Assembly: GCA_965249545.1 (NCBI GenBank)
Contig: CBDFMH010000005.1
Coordinates: 897,082 to 961,081, forward strand
DNA: 64,000 bases
DNA from: Pirellulales bacterium
GTDB taxonomy: Bacteria > Planctomycetota > Planctomycetia > Pirellulales > UBA1268
Direction of reading: 5' to 3'
In this document: in pieces, positions 28,683-38,485 of the stretch
Numbering within the stretch: position 1 is the first letter of the stretch
How the letters are laid out: each line of letters opens with the position of its first letter
Program-made: the position numbers and the translations under genes
Notes under the pieces: model-generated
What the model was told of the DNA's origin: nothing
The model's database searches: none
What the model saw: the letters and a program-made list of their open reading frames with translations, nothing else

Positions 28683-29951
28683 TCAGTCAGCTGTGATTGC
28701 CACAGCAGAGGCTTGTCCCATCGTGCTGAAATTAACTGCAATCGCTGTATTTGGCCGCCCTGTCATCGGCTTTTCATGGATGACGTTGATGGGGCATGCC
28801 GGGTCAGGAGTCTCATAGTTGCGTGTTGGAGGAATCGTTCCAGATTCAACTGCAAGCACGCTGGCTGCTAATTCAAGAAGGCCACTGCCGGCACCTGCAT
28901 GGCCGAAGTTCCCCTTTGGTGCCGTCACAGGCGTGTCACCAACGACAGCGGCAATAGCTTGCGCTTCAGCAGTATCCATAGGTCCGGTACTCAGACCGTG
29001 CGCGTTAATGTGACCAAGTGTCTTGGTATCAAGGCCGGCTTGTTTCAGCACAGTCCTCAACGCCATTTCAACGCCGCGTCCCGTTGGAAGACTCTCTTGT
29101 TTTCTCGGTTCACAGCATGCAGCTGTTGCAAGAATTCGACTACGAATATGTGCACCTCGCTTCTCAGCGTGCTCTCGTGATTCGAGAACAAGAACAGCAG
29201 CACCCTCTCCATTGACAAGCCCATCTCGATGAAGGTCAAAGGGCCGGCATGCCGATTCAAAGTCCTCGCTCCGTTTCGAGAGCGACGCATTTCCTCGTGC
29301 TACCAACGCTGTTGGATGCAATCGACTTCCAGTACCACCGGCAAGCATGACGTCAGCCCAGCCGCGCCGTATGACAGTCGCTGCTTCAGATACAGCCAGT
29401 AAACTTGAAACATCCCCCAAGACAATTGTGTTATTTGGACCGCGAGCATCTTGTGCAATAGCGATATGCGAAGCCGTCATATTCGGCAGGTGCTTGAGTA
29501 GCCAGAGTGGTTGTAATTCCTCTTGTATCGCTTCAGCCCACTGGTCATAAGAAAATGTATCAGCTGCAGTTTTGGCACGGCGATAGGTCGTTTCAAGATC
29601 ATCAAGATCTGCATAGATCATGTCATTCCCAAAGACAACTCCGAATCGCTCTGGATCAAGATGTTCACTTGCTACGCCAGCATCGGCCATGGCGAGGTCT
29701 GCTGCAGCAAAACCAAATTGAATATCCCGACTCATGACCTTCAAACTTTTGCGGGGCCGCACATAGAGTTTGGGGTCGAAACTCGGAACCTGTCCACCAA
29801 AGCGAACGGTAAGACCATGTGCATCAAAAAGATCGATAGGTCGTATTCCATTCTCGCCTTCGAGGAGCGCATGCCAAAAAGTATCAGCACCAATTCCTAT
29901 GGGGCTAATGACTCCGACACCAGTAATGACAACATCCGATTTATTCTGCAT
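28683..29951 (-). CDS. Beta-ketoacyl-ACP synthase II (FabF)-like protein lacking the active-site Cys
   Basis: It is collinear by eye with E. coli FabF. Matching segments are VVITGVGVISPIG, GPNNTIVLGDVSS (FabF [13 protein letters not shown]), ADVMLAGG, INAHGLST (His) and KGNFGHAGAGSG (His). Confidence 0.85.
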   Translation of the reverse strand: MQNKSDVVITGVGVISPIGIGADTFWHALLEGENGIRPIDLFDAHGLTVRFGGQVPSFDPKLYVRPRKSLKVMSRDIQFGFAAADLAMADAGVASEHLDPERFGVVFGNDMIYADLDDLETTYRRAKTAADTFSYDQWAEAIQEELQPLWLLKHLPNMTASHIAIAQDARGPNNTIVLGDVSSLLAVSEAATVIRRGWADVMLAGGTGSRLHPTALVARGNASLSKRSEDFESACRPFDLHRDGLVNGEGAAVLVLESREHAEKRGAHIRSRILATAACCEPRKQESLPTGRGVEMALRTVLKQAGLDTKTLGHINAHGLSTGPMDTAEAQAIAAVVGDTPVTAPKGNFGHAGAGSGLLELAASVLAVESGTIPPTRNYETPDPACPINVIHEKPMTGRPNTAIAVNFSTMGQASAVAITAD

Positions 29952-30038
29952 TGTTTGACTCGCATTAGGTTATCGGATGACGACAAAAAAGAACTCAAGT
30001 CGACTCTCGATTGCCTGCATAAGTCGTCATGAATGGTG

Positions 30039-30554
30039 TTATTGCCGGGGGTGGGTGGCCCGCCAGGTAGCCGGTCGAACGGGATTGGGTGCTTCCCATA
30101 GGCCAATCCGGGCTTTTTTCGCATCCTTCTCTGCTGCCACCAGATCAGCGGGTGGTGAATAGCGATCAAAGACCCAAGCGAGTCCTTCAGCAACAAGTTC
30201 CCGGTTAATATTCCTGTCATCCACCCAGAGAGTTGCAAGAAGACGGTCATATTGATCACGACCGTTTGGTGTCATGTGAAATGGAGTTTTATTTAACTTC
30301 TGAGCGAGTGACTGACGAGCCGCTTGTCCATAAGGTTGCTGGTACTCAGGAGCATCAATATCAGCGAGTCGAACTTTTTCGACATGACCGTTTCGATCAA
30401 TAACTGTTACGGTGTCGCCATCATGGACTTTTCGAACGGTCCATATTGTTTTGGATAGAGAATGTGTGTCTTGCTGGCGACGACACTCACCAATCGTCAA
30501 GATGGGGACAAGAAGAGCAAGTGCACCGAGTAGTTTATAGAGCTTGGAATACAT
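30039..30554 (-). CDS. Thermonuclease (staphylococcal nuclease, SNase) family protein
   Basis: VHDGDTVTV...VRLADIDAPE...QPYGQAA is the SNase OB-fold active-site pattern. A signal or anchor follows ATG 30554. The ORF is open to 30608. Confidence 0.8.
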   Translation of the reverse strand: MYSKLYKLLGALALLVPILTIGECRRQQDTHSLSKTIWTVRKVHDGDTVTVIDRNGHVEKVRLADIDAPEYQQPYGQAARQSLAQKLNKTPFHMTPNGRDQYDRLLATLWVDDRNINRELVAEGLAWVFDRYSPPADLVAAEKDAKKARIGLWEAPNPVRPATWRATHPRQ

Positions 30555-30675
30555 TCGCCGTTGCCACAGAGAAGACTTTGATAGGAAATATGCAGTTCTA
30601 TCTAGCATACCGTCAAACCAAGGTATTCCGTGCTCTTCTACTCACTATGAAGATAGTGGTGTGACCAGAAAATTT

Positions 30676-31473
30676 TTACGAAGGACGTCCACCGGGTGGG
30701 CCCCGACGTCCTGGAGGTCCACCGCCTCGGCCAGGTTCCATACCGAGTTGCTCACGACGTTCGTTCATGGCACGTCTGTATTCTGTTCGAAGAGCTCTTT
30801 CATCCGGAGATGAGTTGTCGAGGCGGCGCTTCATCCAATCGTTCCGGGTGTCTTCCGTTCGCTGTCCGCCACGACCTCCGGGACCTGATTCACCACCGGC
30901 GTTTGGCCCACGCCCTCGGCCTTCCTGTCCACCACCATTTCGACCGTTCTCCGCAGTCTGGCCATTCGCATTAGCTTGCTCACGGGCAGCCCTTTCAGCT
31001 GCCCATCGTTCTCGACGCTCTTTGCTGCGTGCCTCTTCAGCCTTTATTCGTTTGTCCATTTCGGCCCGGCGTTGTTCAGGTGGAAGTGCAAAATATGACT
31101 GGGTTGCTGCTCGTTCACGGGCATTAAAGAGTCGTCCGATATCTTGGCGAATCTGACCACGATATTTTTCAGGTACATCTCGAAATTTTTGGAACCACTC
31201 ACCCATGTCAGGGCCTGAAGATCCATAGGGAATTTCATTTCGAGCTACTCTGGCAAGACGAGCAACTTCCTCATCGACCATTGAATGGATCTCAGCAACA
31301 GCCTGAGGTTCAGTGAATCCACCACTCCACCAGCTGCCGAGAAGACCGAGTAGCACGATACAAGTAACAGTCGCAATGACACGAGGAAGCCACTTTCGTT
31401 TAGACCGCTTGGTGCCAGAATTCTGACTTACAGCGGCACGTATTGAATTGCGAGCTTTCGATGAACCACCCAT
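30676..31473 (-). CDS. Membrane-anchored low-complexity (Arg/Glu/Gly-rich) protein, unknown function
   Basis: There is one TM (VIATVTCIVLLGLLGSWW), then a charged helical region, then G/R/P-rich repeats (GRGGGPPGRRGPPGGRPS). The strand choice rests on the TM and a coherent N-terminus. Confidence 0.5.
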   Translation of the reverse strand: MGGSSKARNSIRAAVSQNSGTKRSKRKWLPRVIATVTCIVLLGLLGSWWSGGFTEPQAVAEIHSMVDEEVARLARVARNEIPYGSSGPDMGEWFQKFRDVPEKYRGQIRQDIGRLFNARERAATQSYFALPPEQRRAEMDKRIKAEEARSKERRERWAAERAAREQANANGQTAENGRNGGGQEGRGRGPNAGGESGPGGRGGQRTEDTRNDWMKRRLDNSSPDERALRTEYRRAMNERREQLGMEPGRGGGPPGRRGPPGGRPS

Positions 31474-31651
31474 GTCCTACTCCTAAAAGAATCTTTCAGA
31501 AAATAAAGAGTGTAACGATATGGACACACCTCTATACCAGTGGTCCAAAGAATGAAACGCTCCAGTAAAGAAGAAGTTCTGATAATTAATAATACCATCA
31601 GATATAGCGAGAAAAGACGATAGTTTAAATTTCTACCGGACTTTGTATTAA

Positions 31652-33475
31652 TTACAGTTCCACAACAAGTGGCTCATTTTCGGCTGAATGAGTCCACATC
31701 TGTGTAACTGAGTTTCCATGTACCGAAACAGTAATTTCATAGTCACCAAAGAATGCTTTGGTTTCCACTTGGCCTTTGGCATCTGTCTGCATGTCGGTAT
31801 TCGTTGCCCACGTGTTGTGTACAAGTTCTCGCCATATTTTGATAGCGGGTCGTTCAGTCCAATCTTTGCGAATCAGCGTCCCCTCAGGTTTCCAATGATA
31901 GCCAGCCCAAAAGCCCCAGTTGATAAAGGCCGTCATCTTGGGATGACTAAACGAAAGCGTGAGTACATCCCGTAGATAATCGGCATGCAGTTCGTCATCG
32001 TTACAAACAAAGTCATACTCAGTTACAACGAGCCTATCGACAAGTGGTGCAAACCGTTGGTACCGTCTCCAGAGATCTTCCATACCTCGCAGGTTGTTAA
32101 TTGAAAAGTGACTCTGAAAACCAATGCCATCAGCTTTGGATGATGCCTGCTGCTGAAGCTTTTTCATAAATTGAAAAAACAGTTCCTCACGATCATTATC
32201 AAAGAGCGCTTCGTTGACTATCAGTTGCGCAGATGTCATCGTCCGCTGTTCAGCAAGAAGTTCTGAATAGATCGAAGCTCCAAAAACATCACGAAGATCT
32301 TTTTGGAATCGAATAGGATGGTTAATGGCGTCCCATTCATGGATGAAATCTTTTGTTTTGTGAAGAATATAGTTTTCATGCTCGTGTATAAACGAGAGGA
32401 TTTTTTCAGGTTCACCTGCTGTGACAAAAGCGTTGCTCCATGGTTTCAAGTTCCCCCAGACAAGTGTGTGCCCTCGCATGGGGAGTCGCCGTCCGTGTGC
32501 CCATTTCAATGTGTTTGTCAGATCAGAGAGAAGCTGATTTGCGTAGTTTCCATCTTTTGTATGAGGGGTATGTTGGGGTATCAGGGCAGGTACAGGAACG
32601 AGAGCGTGAAAGAGTTCTTCAAATGTTTGCCGGTACCGAATGGCATCAGGGCTTATGTCATCAACGAGACGAACCTGAAAAGTGCTCCCAAAACCAAAAG
32701 CATGACGACGCATTCGTATGCGTACGTTAGCTTGCTGAATAGTGTTTCCGTGCGGATCGAGTACACGAACAATTAGCGGTGCTGTTCGGTATTTTGCTAT
32801 TCGTGCGTCCGCATCCTGTCTCCAGGGAGCATCTGGTTCACGGCCCTGATACCCGGCCTCCATCATGGGTAGTCGTGCCATATCAAAACCAGATGGTGCC
32901 ACATAAAGCCGGACATCCTCAATTTCAATACGTTGCGGTTGGACGTCAAAACTCAGGCGAATTCTTCCTGTATCCGCAGCAAGTGATTTGGCTACTCGAA
33001 ACGGGTGAAAGTACCATCCCCACTCGCGACCAATTGTGCCTTTGTGGTAGAGCGCTGTTTGCCGAAGCGTCTCCCGGTCACCGATGTGAATAAGGACTCG
33101 TCCTGGGCGTGGCTCATTTGCATTGTTGTCTGCGTCAACTGTTCGGCATCGAACAGCTACAAAGCCAACATCATCTTCTTTCAGTGGGGCATCAAACGTT
33201 TTTGAGAACGCTAGTTTATTTCCCTTTTTGAGAGTCGCCGTTGACTCTGCCAACCAAACAAAACTATCTCCGGCAGGTAATTTTTTGAAGTGACCAGTTT
33301 CTACCGCCAAGGGCAATGTTTTCGGAAGACCCCTCTCGAGAACCTGAGTGAGTTCATCGGGAAGAAAAGGTAAGGACTGCGCGGTGCAGTAGGTGATACC
33401 CAATGTAAAAAAGTAACTAAGAATCATTACTGCTACGAATGAGCAATGAAGAACGGAGCGACGAGTTTCATTCAT
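31652..33475 (-). CDS. GH10-like glycoside hydrolase with N-terminal accessory domain
   Basis: GH10 motifs occur in canonical order and spacing: RGHTLVWGN, EWDAINHP (compare WDVVNE), LIVNEALF (compare LYYNDY), DGIGFQSH and VVTEYDF (compare ITELD). The N-terminal 300 aa or so are of unknown fold. Confidence 0.65.
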   Translation of the reverse strand: MNETRRSVLHCSFVAVMILSYFFTLGITYCTAQSLPFLPDELTQVLERGLPKTLPLAVETGHFKKLPAGDSFVWLAESTATLKKGNKLAFSKTFDAPLKEDDVGFVAVRCRTVDADNNANEPRPGRVLIHIGDRETLRQTALYHKGTIGREWGWYFHPFRVAKSLAADTGRIRLSFDVQPQRIEIEDVRLYVAPSGFDMARLPMMEAGYQGREPDAPWRQDADARIAKYRTAPLIVRVLDPHGNTIQQANVRIRMRRHAFGFGSTFQVRLVDDISPDAIRYRQTFEELFHALVPVPALIPQHTPHTKDGNYANQLLSDLTNTLKWAHGRRLPMRGHTLVWGNLKPWSNAFVTAGEPEKILSFIHEHENYILHKTKDFIHEWDAINHPIRFQKDLRDVFGASIYSELLAEQRTMTSAQLIVNEALFDNDREELFFQFMKKLQQQASSKADGIGFQSHFSINNLRGMEDLWRRYQRFAPLVDRLVVTEYDFVCNDDELHADYLRDVLTLSFSHPKMTAFINWGFWAGYHWKPEGTLIRKDWTERPAIKIWRELVHNTWATNTDMQTDAKGQVETKAFFGDYEITVSVHGNSVTQMWTHSAENEPLVVEL

Positions 33476-33666
33476 CAGGTTCTTCCAGTGAGCGTGGGGA
33501 AGTGTTTCTCTATCAAGCCTACATGGATTTTTGTGGCAGCATGTGGTTTCCGAGATGGAAGCCATAGAGTTTTTCCAACGCTGTGTTGTTATGGATGACT
33601 TCCGACATTCAAGGTATCATAAGAAACAATGATCCAATGCAATCAGAAATTCATGAAGGAAATACA

Positions 33667-34158
33667 ATGAAATATTATCGTTTAACTCATTGGCTCGTCA
33701 TCTGTCTGGTATCAACAGTTTTTTCGACAACTGGATTCGCTGAGCCGGCAGATGTTGTAAATCAGCGCGAAGTCGATGAAGAAGAAAACGTTCAGCAAAA
33801 GGCCAGAGAAAAATATGCAGGAATCTGGCGGATTGAGACGATTGCTTCCAAGGGTAATACATCGGAGCCAGACAAACGAATTGTCATTAACGATAAGGTA
33901 GATGGGACATGGACCTTATTTATAGACGACGAAGAGTTCAGCAGCGGTACGAATTCTTTTAGCCCTCTTTCGGATCCAAAGGAAATTGATATTTCTATTA
34001 CGGGTGGGGAAGGCCAAGGAAAAATTTTGCAGGGAATCTATGAGGTTGAAGAGTCAGTACGACGACTCTGTTTTCAAGGTGGGACCGGTTCGCGACCAGA
34101 TAGCTTTGAGTCATTCTATGGTGATGAAAGTGTTGTGGTGACTTTTGTTCGTGAGTAA
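33667..34158 (+). CDS. TIGR03067-like planctomycete lipocalin-like domain protein
   Basis: A signal peptide is followed by the pattern GIWRIE...G......PKEIDI......LQGIYEVEESVRRLCF...RPDSF. From memory this fits the TIGR03067 family. Confidence 0.55.
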   Translation: MKYYRLTHWLVICLVSTVFSTTGFAEPADVVNQREVDEEENVQQKAREKYAGIWRIETIASKGNTSEPDKRIVINDKVDGTWTLFIDDEEFSSGTNSFSPLSDPKEIDISITGGEGQGKILQGIYEVEESVRRLCFQGGTGSRPDSFESFYGDESVVVTFVRE

Positions 34159-34190
34159 CTGCTGGCAGATTGTGTTCAAGCTAAATCAGT

Positions 34191-35444
34191 ATGGGACATA
34201 TCAGTGAAAAGAAAGTACGAGTAAGGATGATTCCCAGGCTATTTGTTTCATGTGTGTGTCTTTTGGTTTCTTTCGTTCTCCTTGTTGACAATACACATGC
34301 CAAGCAACTCGATGGATTTGACCTTATAGCTATTGAAAAACCTCGTGTGCTTGGAAAAGCAAACAGCTATCTTTCCGAAGAGCCACGAACAGTCACGTTT
34401 TCACACTGTGAAAGAAGTGCTGGTGGTCGGCACGATTATTACTCAGAGGGTGATTATTGGTGGCCTGATCCAGAGAATCCTGACGGTCCCTTCATTCGAA
34501 GAGATGGTGAGACGTATCCCGAACTTTTTTTGGACCATCGCTTAGCCATGGTTCGGTTGAGTGAAATCGTAGGCACGCTCACGTCAGCATATATTGTCAC
34601 CGAAGATGAACAGTACGCGGCACACGCAGTCAAACATCTTGAAGCCTGGTTTGTGCAAAGCCGCACAAAAATGAATCCAAGTCTTCTTTATGGTCAAGCT
34701 ATTCAGGGTCGCCATGAGGGCCGAAGCATTGGCATTATTGATACGCTTCACCTTACTGAGGTTGCACGAAGTGCAAAACTTCTTTGTTCATCACCGTCAT
34801 TTCCGATTGAATCTCAAGCTCTTGTCAAACAATGGTTTCGAACCTACTTGACATGGATCAATACCCATGAATACGGTGTTCGGGAAAAGAATCATCCGAA
34901 TAATCACGGGGTGTGCTGGTCACTTCAGGCAGCTTCGTTTGCAGATTTCGTAGGCGATGAAGAAATTCTTCAATGGATCCGAGAGCAGTTTCAATCGGTT
35001 TACCTGCAAGAGATGATGAATGACTCGGGTGGGTTTCCAGCAGAACTTGCACGAACAAAGCCCTACGGATATTCACTCTTCGTTATCGATGCTATGGCCG
35101 GAGTGGCTCAAATTGCATCCACAGACGCAAACGATCTATGGGCCTTTCGACTGCCCGATGGACGTGGCATGCACCGCGGCATGAGATTTATTGTGCCATA
35201 CATAGAAGACAAATCTGCTTGGCCATTCCCAAAAGATGTCATGTATTGGCAGGAATGGCCCGTACGACATCCGAGCCTTCTTTTTGCTGGGCTTCATTAT
35301 GGGGATGCCCATTATCTGAATGTCTGGAAAAAACTTGAAGCAGACCCAGAAACATTTGAAGTGAAGAGGAATCTTCCACTTCGCCATCCACTATTATGGG
35401 TCTCAGAAAATGAATTAGACAGTGTTTCTGGAACAGGCTTGTAA
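34191..35444 (+). CDS. Alginate-lyase-family (PF05426-like) polysaccharide lyase
   Basis: After a signal peptide it has YWWPDPENPDGPFIRRDGE and HPNNHGVCWSLQAA (NNH..W). These resemble alginate lyase / PL family motifs. Confidence 0.6.
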   Translation: MGHISEKKVRVRMIPRLFVSCVCLLVSFVLLVDNTHAKQLDGFDLIAIEKPRVLGKANSYLSEEPRTVTFSHCERSAGGRHDYYSEGDYWWPDPENPDGPFIRRDGETYPELFLDHRLAMVRLSEIVGTLTSAYIVTEDEQYAAHAVKHLEAWFVQSRTKMNPSLLYGQAIQGRHEGRSIGIIDTLHLTEVARSAKLLCSSPSFPIESQALVKQWFRTYLTWINTHEYGVREKNHPNNHGVCWSLQAASFADFVGDEEILQWIREQFQSVYLQEMMNDSGGFPAELARTKPYGYSLFVIDAMAGVAQIASTDANDLWAFRLPDGRGMHRGMRFIVPYIEDKSAWPFPKDVMYWQEWPVRHPSLLFAGLHYGDAHYLNVWKKLEADPETFEVKRNLPLRHPLLWVSENELDSVSGTGL

Positions 35445-35474
35445 GGACAGTGTCGATGTATTTGATTCGAGGTG

Positions 35475-36917
35475 CTACTGAGATACGTGGAGTGGACCAT
35501 CAATGTCGAGCTCAACAACAGTAGCAATGTTGTGAAGAAGGGGTTCACCAACAAGAATTGTTGTCTGTTCTGGACCGGATGTAACATGAAGCTCTTTGCC
35601 ATCAGCATGTTGTCGAGCAGTTGCAGTGGTATCGGTTCCAAGCGGCACAATGAGCTTCCCATCAGCGGGCCAATCAAAGATGTGTAAGTACAGCCGAGTC
35701 TTACCACCAGGCAGTGACTTTTGTGAGCATCGGCCCCAGCTGAGTTTTTCAAAAGGGCTGGCCTTTGTGCCGTAGATTGCTTCACCATTGGCCTTCATCC
35801 AGTCACCAATTACTTTGAGTGAGGCAATACTTTCCTCAGGAACGCTTCCATCGCCCGTGGGACCGATATTCAATAAATAGTTTCCACCCTTGCTTGCGAT
35901 GTCAATGAGATTTCGGATAAGTACCTCATCAGATTTCCATGCATGATCATGTTCACTGAACCCCCATGTTGTATTCATGGTCATGCACGTTTCCCAATCG
36001 AGATCCGGGAGGCCAGTGGCTGGAATGTGCTGCTCAGGTGTGATGAAATCACCATACTTTGGGTCCAGTTGATCTGTGACAGCATGAGTTCCCATGCCAC
36101 TAAAACCCGCTTCAGGAATTCGAAAAAGTCTGTTGTTCATGATGATATGGGGTTGTTTTTCTTTGACGCGATCCATGAGTTCAAAAGCTTTCCAGGCTCT
36201 TTCTCCTTGGAAGTCTGTTGAACTGTAGTCCCACCACACAACATCTACTTGTCCATAATTGGACATCAGTTCATTCGCCTGTGCATGCAGGAACTGAATG
36301 TATTTTTCATGATCTCGATGGTCATTCGGATAGGGTTGCCCTTTGAGTGGATAGGGTAACTCCTTCGACAAGAGATATGCATATTGATCATGATGCCAGT
36401 CGATAACGGAGTGATAGAATCCGACTCGCAGCCCTTCTTTGTGGCAGGCATCAACGATCTCCTTCACAAGGTCACGATTGAGTACGGAGCCGGCATCAAA
36501 TTCACTTACCTTTGAATCGTGCAATGCAAAGCCGTCGTGGTGCTTTGTAGTAAAGACAAGGTATCGACAGCCAGCATTCTTTGCCATCTGAGCCCACTGA
36601 GTTGCAAAGCCTTCTTTTGGCTTAAATAGCGGAATTGCATTTTTTGCATAGGTTGCTGTGTCGGCTTTGACGCGTTGCTGTATCCACTCCATCCCGCCCT
36701 GCGTTGCAACAGGCTTGCCTTCCCAGGTGCCAGCCAATCCAGAATAAAGACCCCAGTGCACAAACATTCCAAAGCGTGCGTTCCGCCACCACTGCATGCG
36801 GCCATCTCTTTGTTGAGGCGACTCGGTCGCAGAAGAGGGTTTGTCAGAAGCGTGTCCACGAATAGAAAATGTGAGCACAATGAAAAGGAGAGTCAGTACG
36901 ATGCAACGTTTGATCAT
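35475..36917 (-). CDS. Alpha-L-fucosidase (GH29)
   Basis: WWRNARFGMFVHWGLYS, YLVFTTKHHDGFALHDS and VWWDY are GH29 signatures. A signal peptide follows ATG 36917. Confidence 0.85.
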   Translation of the reverse strand: MIKRCIVLTLLFIVLTFSIRGHASDKPSSATESPQQRDGRMQWWRNARFGMFVHWGLYSGLAGTWEGKPVATQGGMEWIQQRVKADTATYAKNAIPLFKPKEGFATQWAQMAKNAGCRYLVFTTKHHDGFALHDSKVSEFDAGSVLNRDLVKEIVDACHKEGLRVGFYHSVIDWHHDQYAYLLSKELPYPLKGQPYPNDHRDHEKYIQFLHAQANELMSNYGQVDVVWWDYSSTDFQGERAWKAFELMDRVKEKQPHIIMNNRLFRIPEAGFSGMGTHAVTDQLDPKYGDFITPEQHIPATGLPDLDWETCMTMNTTWGFSEHDHAWKSDEVLIRNLIDIASKGGNYLLNIGPTGDGSVPEESIASLKVIGDWMKANGEAIYGTKASPFEKLSWGRCSQKSLPGGKTRLYLHIFDWPADGKLIVPLGTDTTATARQHADGKELHVTSGPEQTTILVGEPLLHNIATVVELDIDGPLHVSQ

Positions 36918-36997
36918 AGGAAAACCTTTTGTGGTTGAAGAGGTGCTCTGACTGAACCGAATTTTCTCTATCTCAGGCACAGCATGTTCGTTTCTAT

Positions 36998-38473
36998 TTA
37001 TTTCTTATCAATTGATTTGGTTGCTGATGGGAATCCGGACTGTTTTGCGGCTTTTGGTACGGCATCACGAAAGAAGTCATCTCTTATTTCATGGTAATAG
37101 GTATAGGTTAGCAAACGGCATGGGACGTTTGACTTATTCCACAACGACCATTTTTTATACAGTTCTCTTGCCTCATCTGGAAAATCATCAAGAACATCGT
37201 GTGCTTCACTGATGTCATTCGGTAAATGAAATAGTTGTGGAGATGAGCTATCCTTATCTTGAACATGTTTTGTTCCGTTTGAGTCAAGAACTGACCAAAA
37301 GCGGCCGTCTGAACCGCGCCAGAAGAGTGCGTCATGGGGTGCTCCCTTCTTTTGACCAGTGAGATAGGGTGTGAGATCAACACCTTCCATGATGGGCTCG
37401 GCAGAAGCGTCTGCACCTGCAACACCAACAGCTGTGGCAGCTATGTCAAGGGCGTTAACCGGCGACTCGAATGTTTGGCCTCTAGCGATCCGTGCAGGCC
37501 AGGACAAAATAAAGGGGACATGAACACCGCCATCGTACATATTACCTTTGCCACCTCGAAACGGTGTATTAGAGGAACCATTCCAATTTGTAGGCTTGCC
37601 GGGAGATGACTGCGGGCCACCATTGTCACTCAAAAAAAACAATAATGTATTCTCCCGAATACCGTGTTTTTCAAGAGCGGCAACAACGTCACCAATGCCA
37701 CGGTCCATTACATCAACCATTGCTGCATAAATACGACGTTTCTTGTCTGGAATGTGTGCGTACCTCGCGACATCTTCATCAGGGGCCTGTTGTGGTGCGT
37801 GTGGTGCGTTGTATGCGAGGTAAAGAAAAAAAGGATTATCTTTATTCGTTTCAACAAACTCAGCAGCATCACCACTGAGTGCAGTCGTGAGATACCCTTT
37901 GAAGTCAGCAGGTTGGTTGTTACGGATGAGGCTCTGAAGGTAGCCCTCTTTCACGGCCTTTGTCAGATCGATGCGAAAATAATCATGTCCACCGCCAAGA
38001 AAGCCATAAAAATAATTGAACCCACGATTGATTGGATTGAACTCCTCGGCTGCTCCGAGGTGCCACTTCCCAATGCATCCTGTGACATAACCAGCTTCCT
38101 TTAGCCTTTCTGGAAATAGTTTTTCATCTGGATCAATTCCCATAACAGAATTTGCTGGATCGTAGGCTGGATTTGTCTCAAATCCAAAGCGGTGCTGATA
38201 GCGGCCCGAAAGTAAGCCGGCCCGGCTTGGACCGCAATAAGGATGGGTCACATAACCTTGTTTGAACACCATTCCCGAAGCTGCGATTTCATCAAGGTTT
38301 GGTGTCTTAATATCTTGTGAACCAGTGAAGCCAGCATCAGCGTAGCCCATGTCATCAGCCATAATGACGATAATGTTGGGCTTCGTTGTTGCCGCGAGAC
38401 AGACTTCCAAACCACAAAACACACATGCGAATAGTGCAACTAGTTTTGTGCAAAAAGTTTTGTAGATTCCCAT
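36998..38473 (-). CDS. Arylsulfatase-type sulfatase (S1 family, Cys-type)
   Basis: Motifs are [40 protein letters not shown] and KGNMYDGG. Confidence 0.9.
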   Translation of the reverse strand: MGIYKTFCTKLVALFACVFCGLEVCLAATTKPNIIVIMADDMGYADAGFTGSQDIKTPNLDEIAASGMVFKQGYVTHPYCGPSRAGLLSGRYQHRFGFETNPAYDPANSVMGIDPDEKLFPERLKEAGYVTGCIGKWHLGAAEEFNPINRGFNYFYGFLGGGHDYFRIDLTKAVKEGYLQSLIRNNQPADFKGYLTTALSGDAAEFVETNKDNPFFLYLAYNAPHAPQQAPDEDVARYAHIPDKKRRIYAAMVDVMDRGIGDVVAALEKHGIRENTLLFFLSDNGGPQSSPGKPTNWNGSSNTPFRGGKGNMYDGGVHVPFILSWPARIARGQTFESPVNALDIAATAVGVAGADASAEPIMEGVDLTPYLTGQKKGAPHDALFWRGSDGRFWSVLDSNGTKHVQDKDSSSPQLFHLPNDISEAHDVLDDFPDEARELYKKWSLWNKSNVPCRLLTYTYYHEIRDDFFRDAVPKAAKQSGFPSATKSIDKK

Positions 38474-38485
38474 AGAAAAAGTGCG

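Noticed and set aside
28490-28741. Minus-strand ORF of 83 aa between the small membrane protein and the ketosynthase-like gene
   Set aside because: It overlaps the 3' end of the ketosynthase gene. Its composition (Arg/Cys/Pro-rich) is not protein-like and no motif was seen. It is left uncalled.
29523-30032. Plus-strand ORF of 169 aa antisense to the ketosynthase-like gene
   Set aside because: The minus-strand product aligns along its whole length with FabF. The plus-strand ORF has no recognisable features.
35312-35788. Minus-strand ORF of 158 aa spanning the convergent 3' ends of the alginate-lyase-like and fucosidase genes
   Set aside because: It overlaps two well-supported genes in other frames, and its translation is low-complexity.
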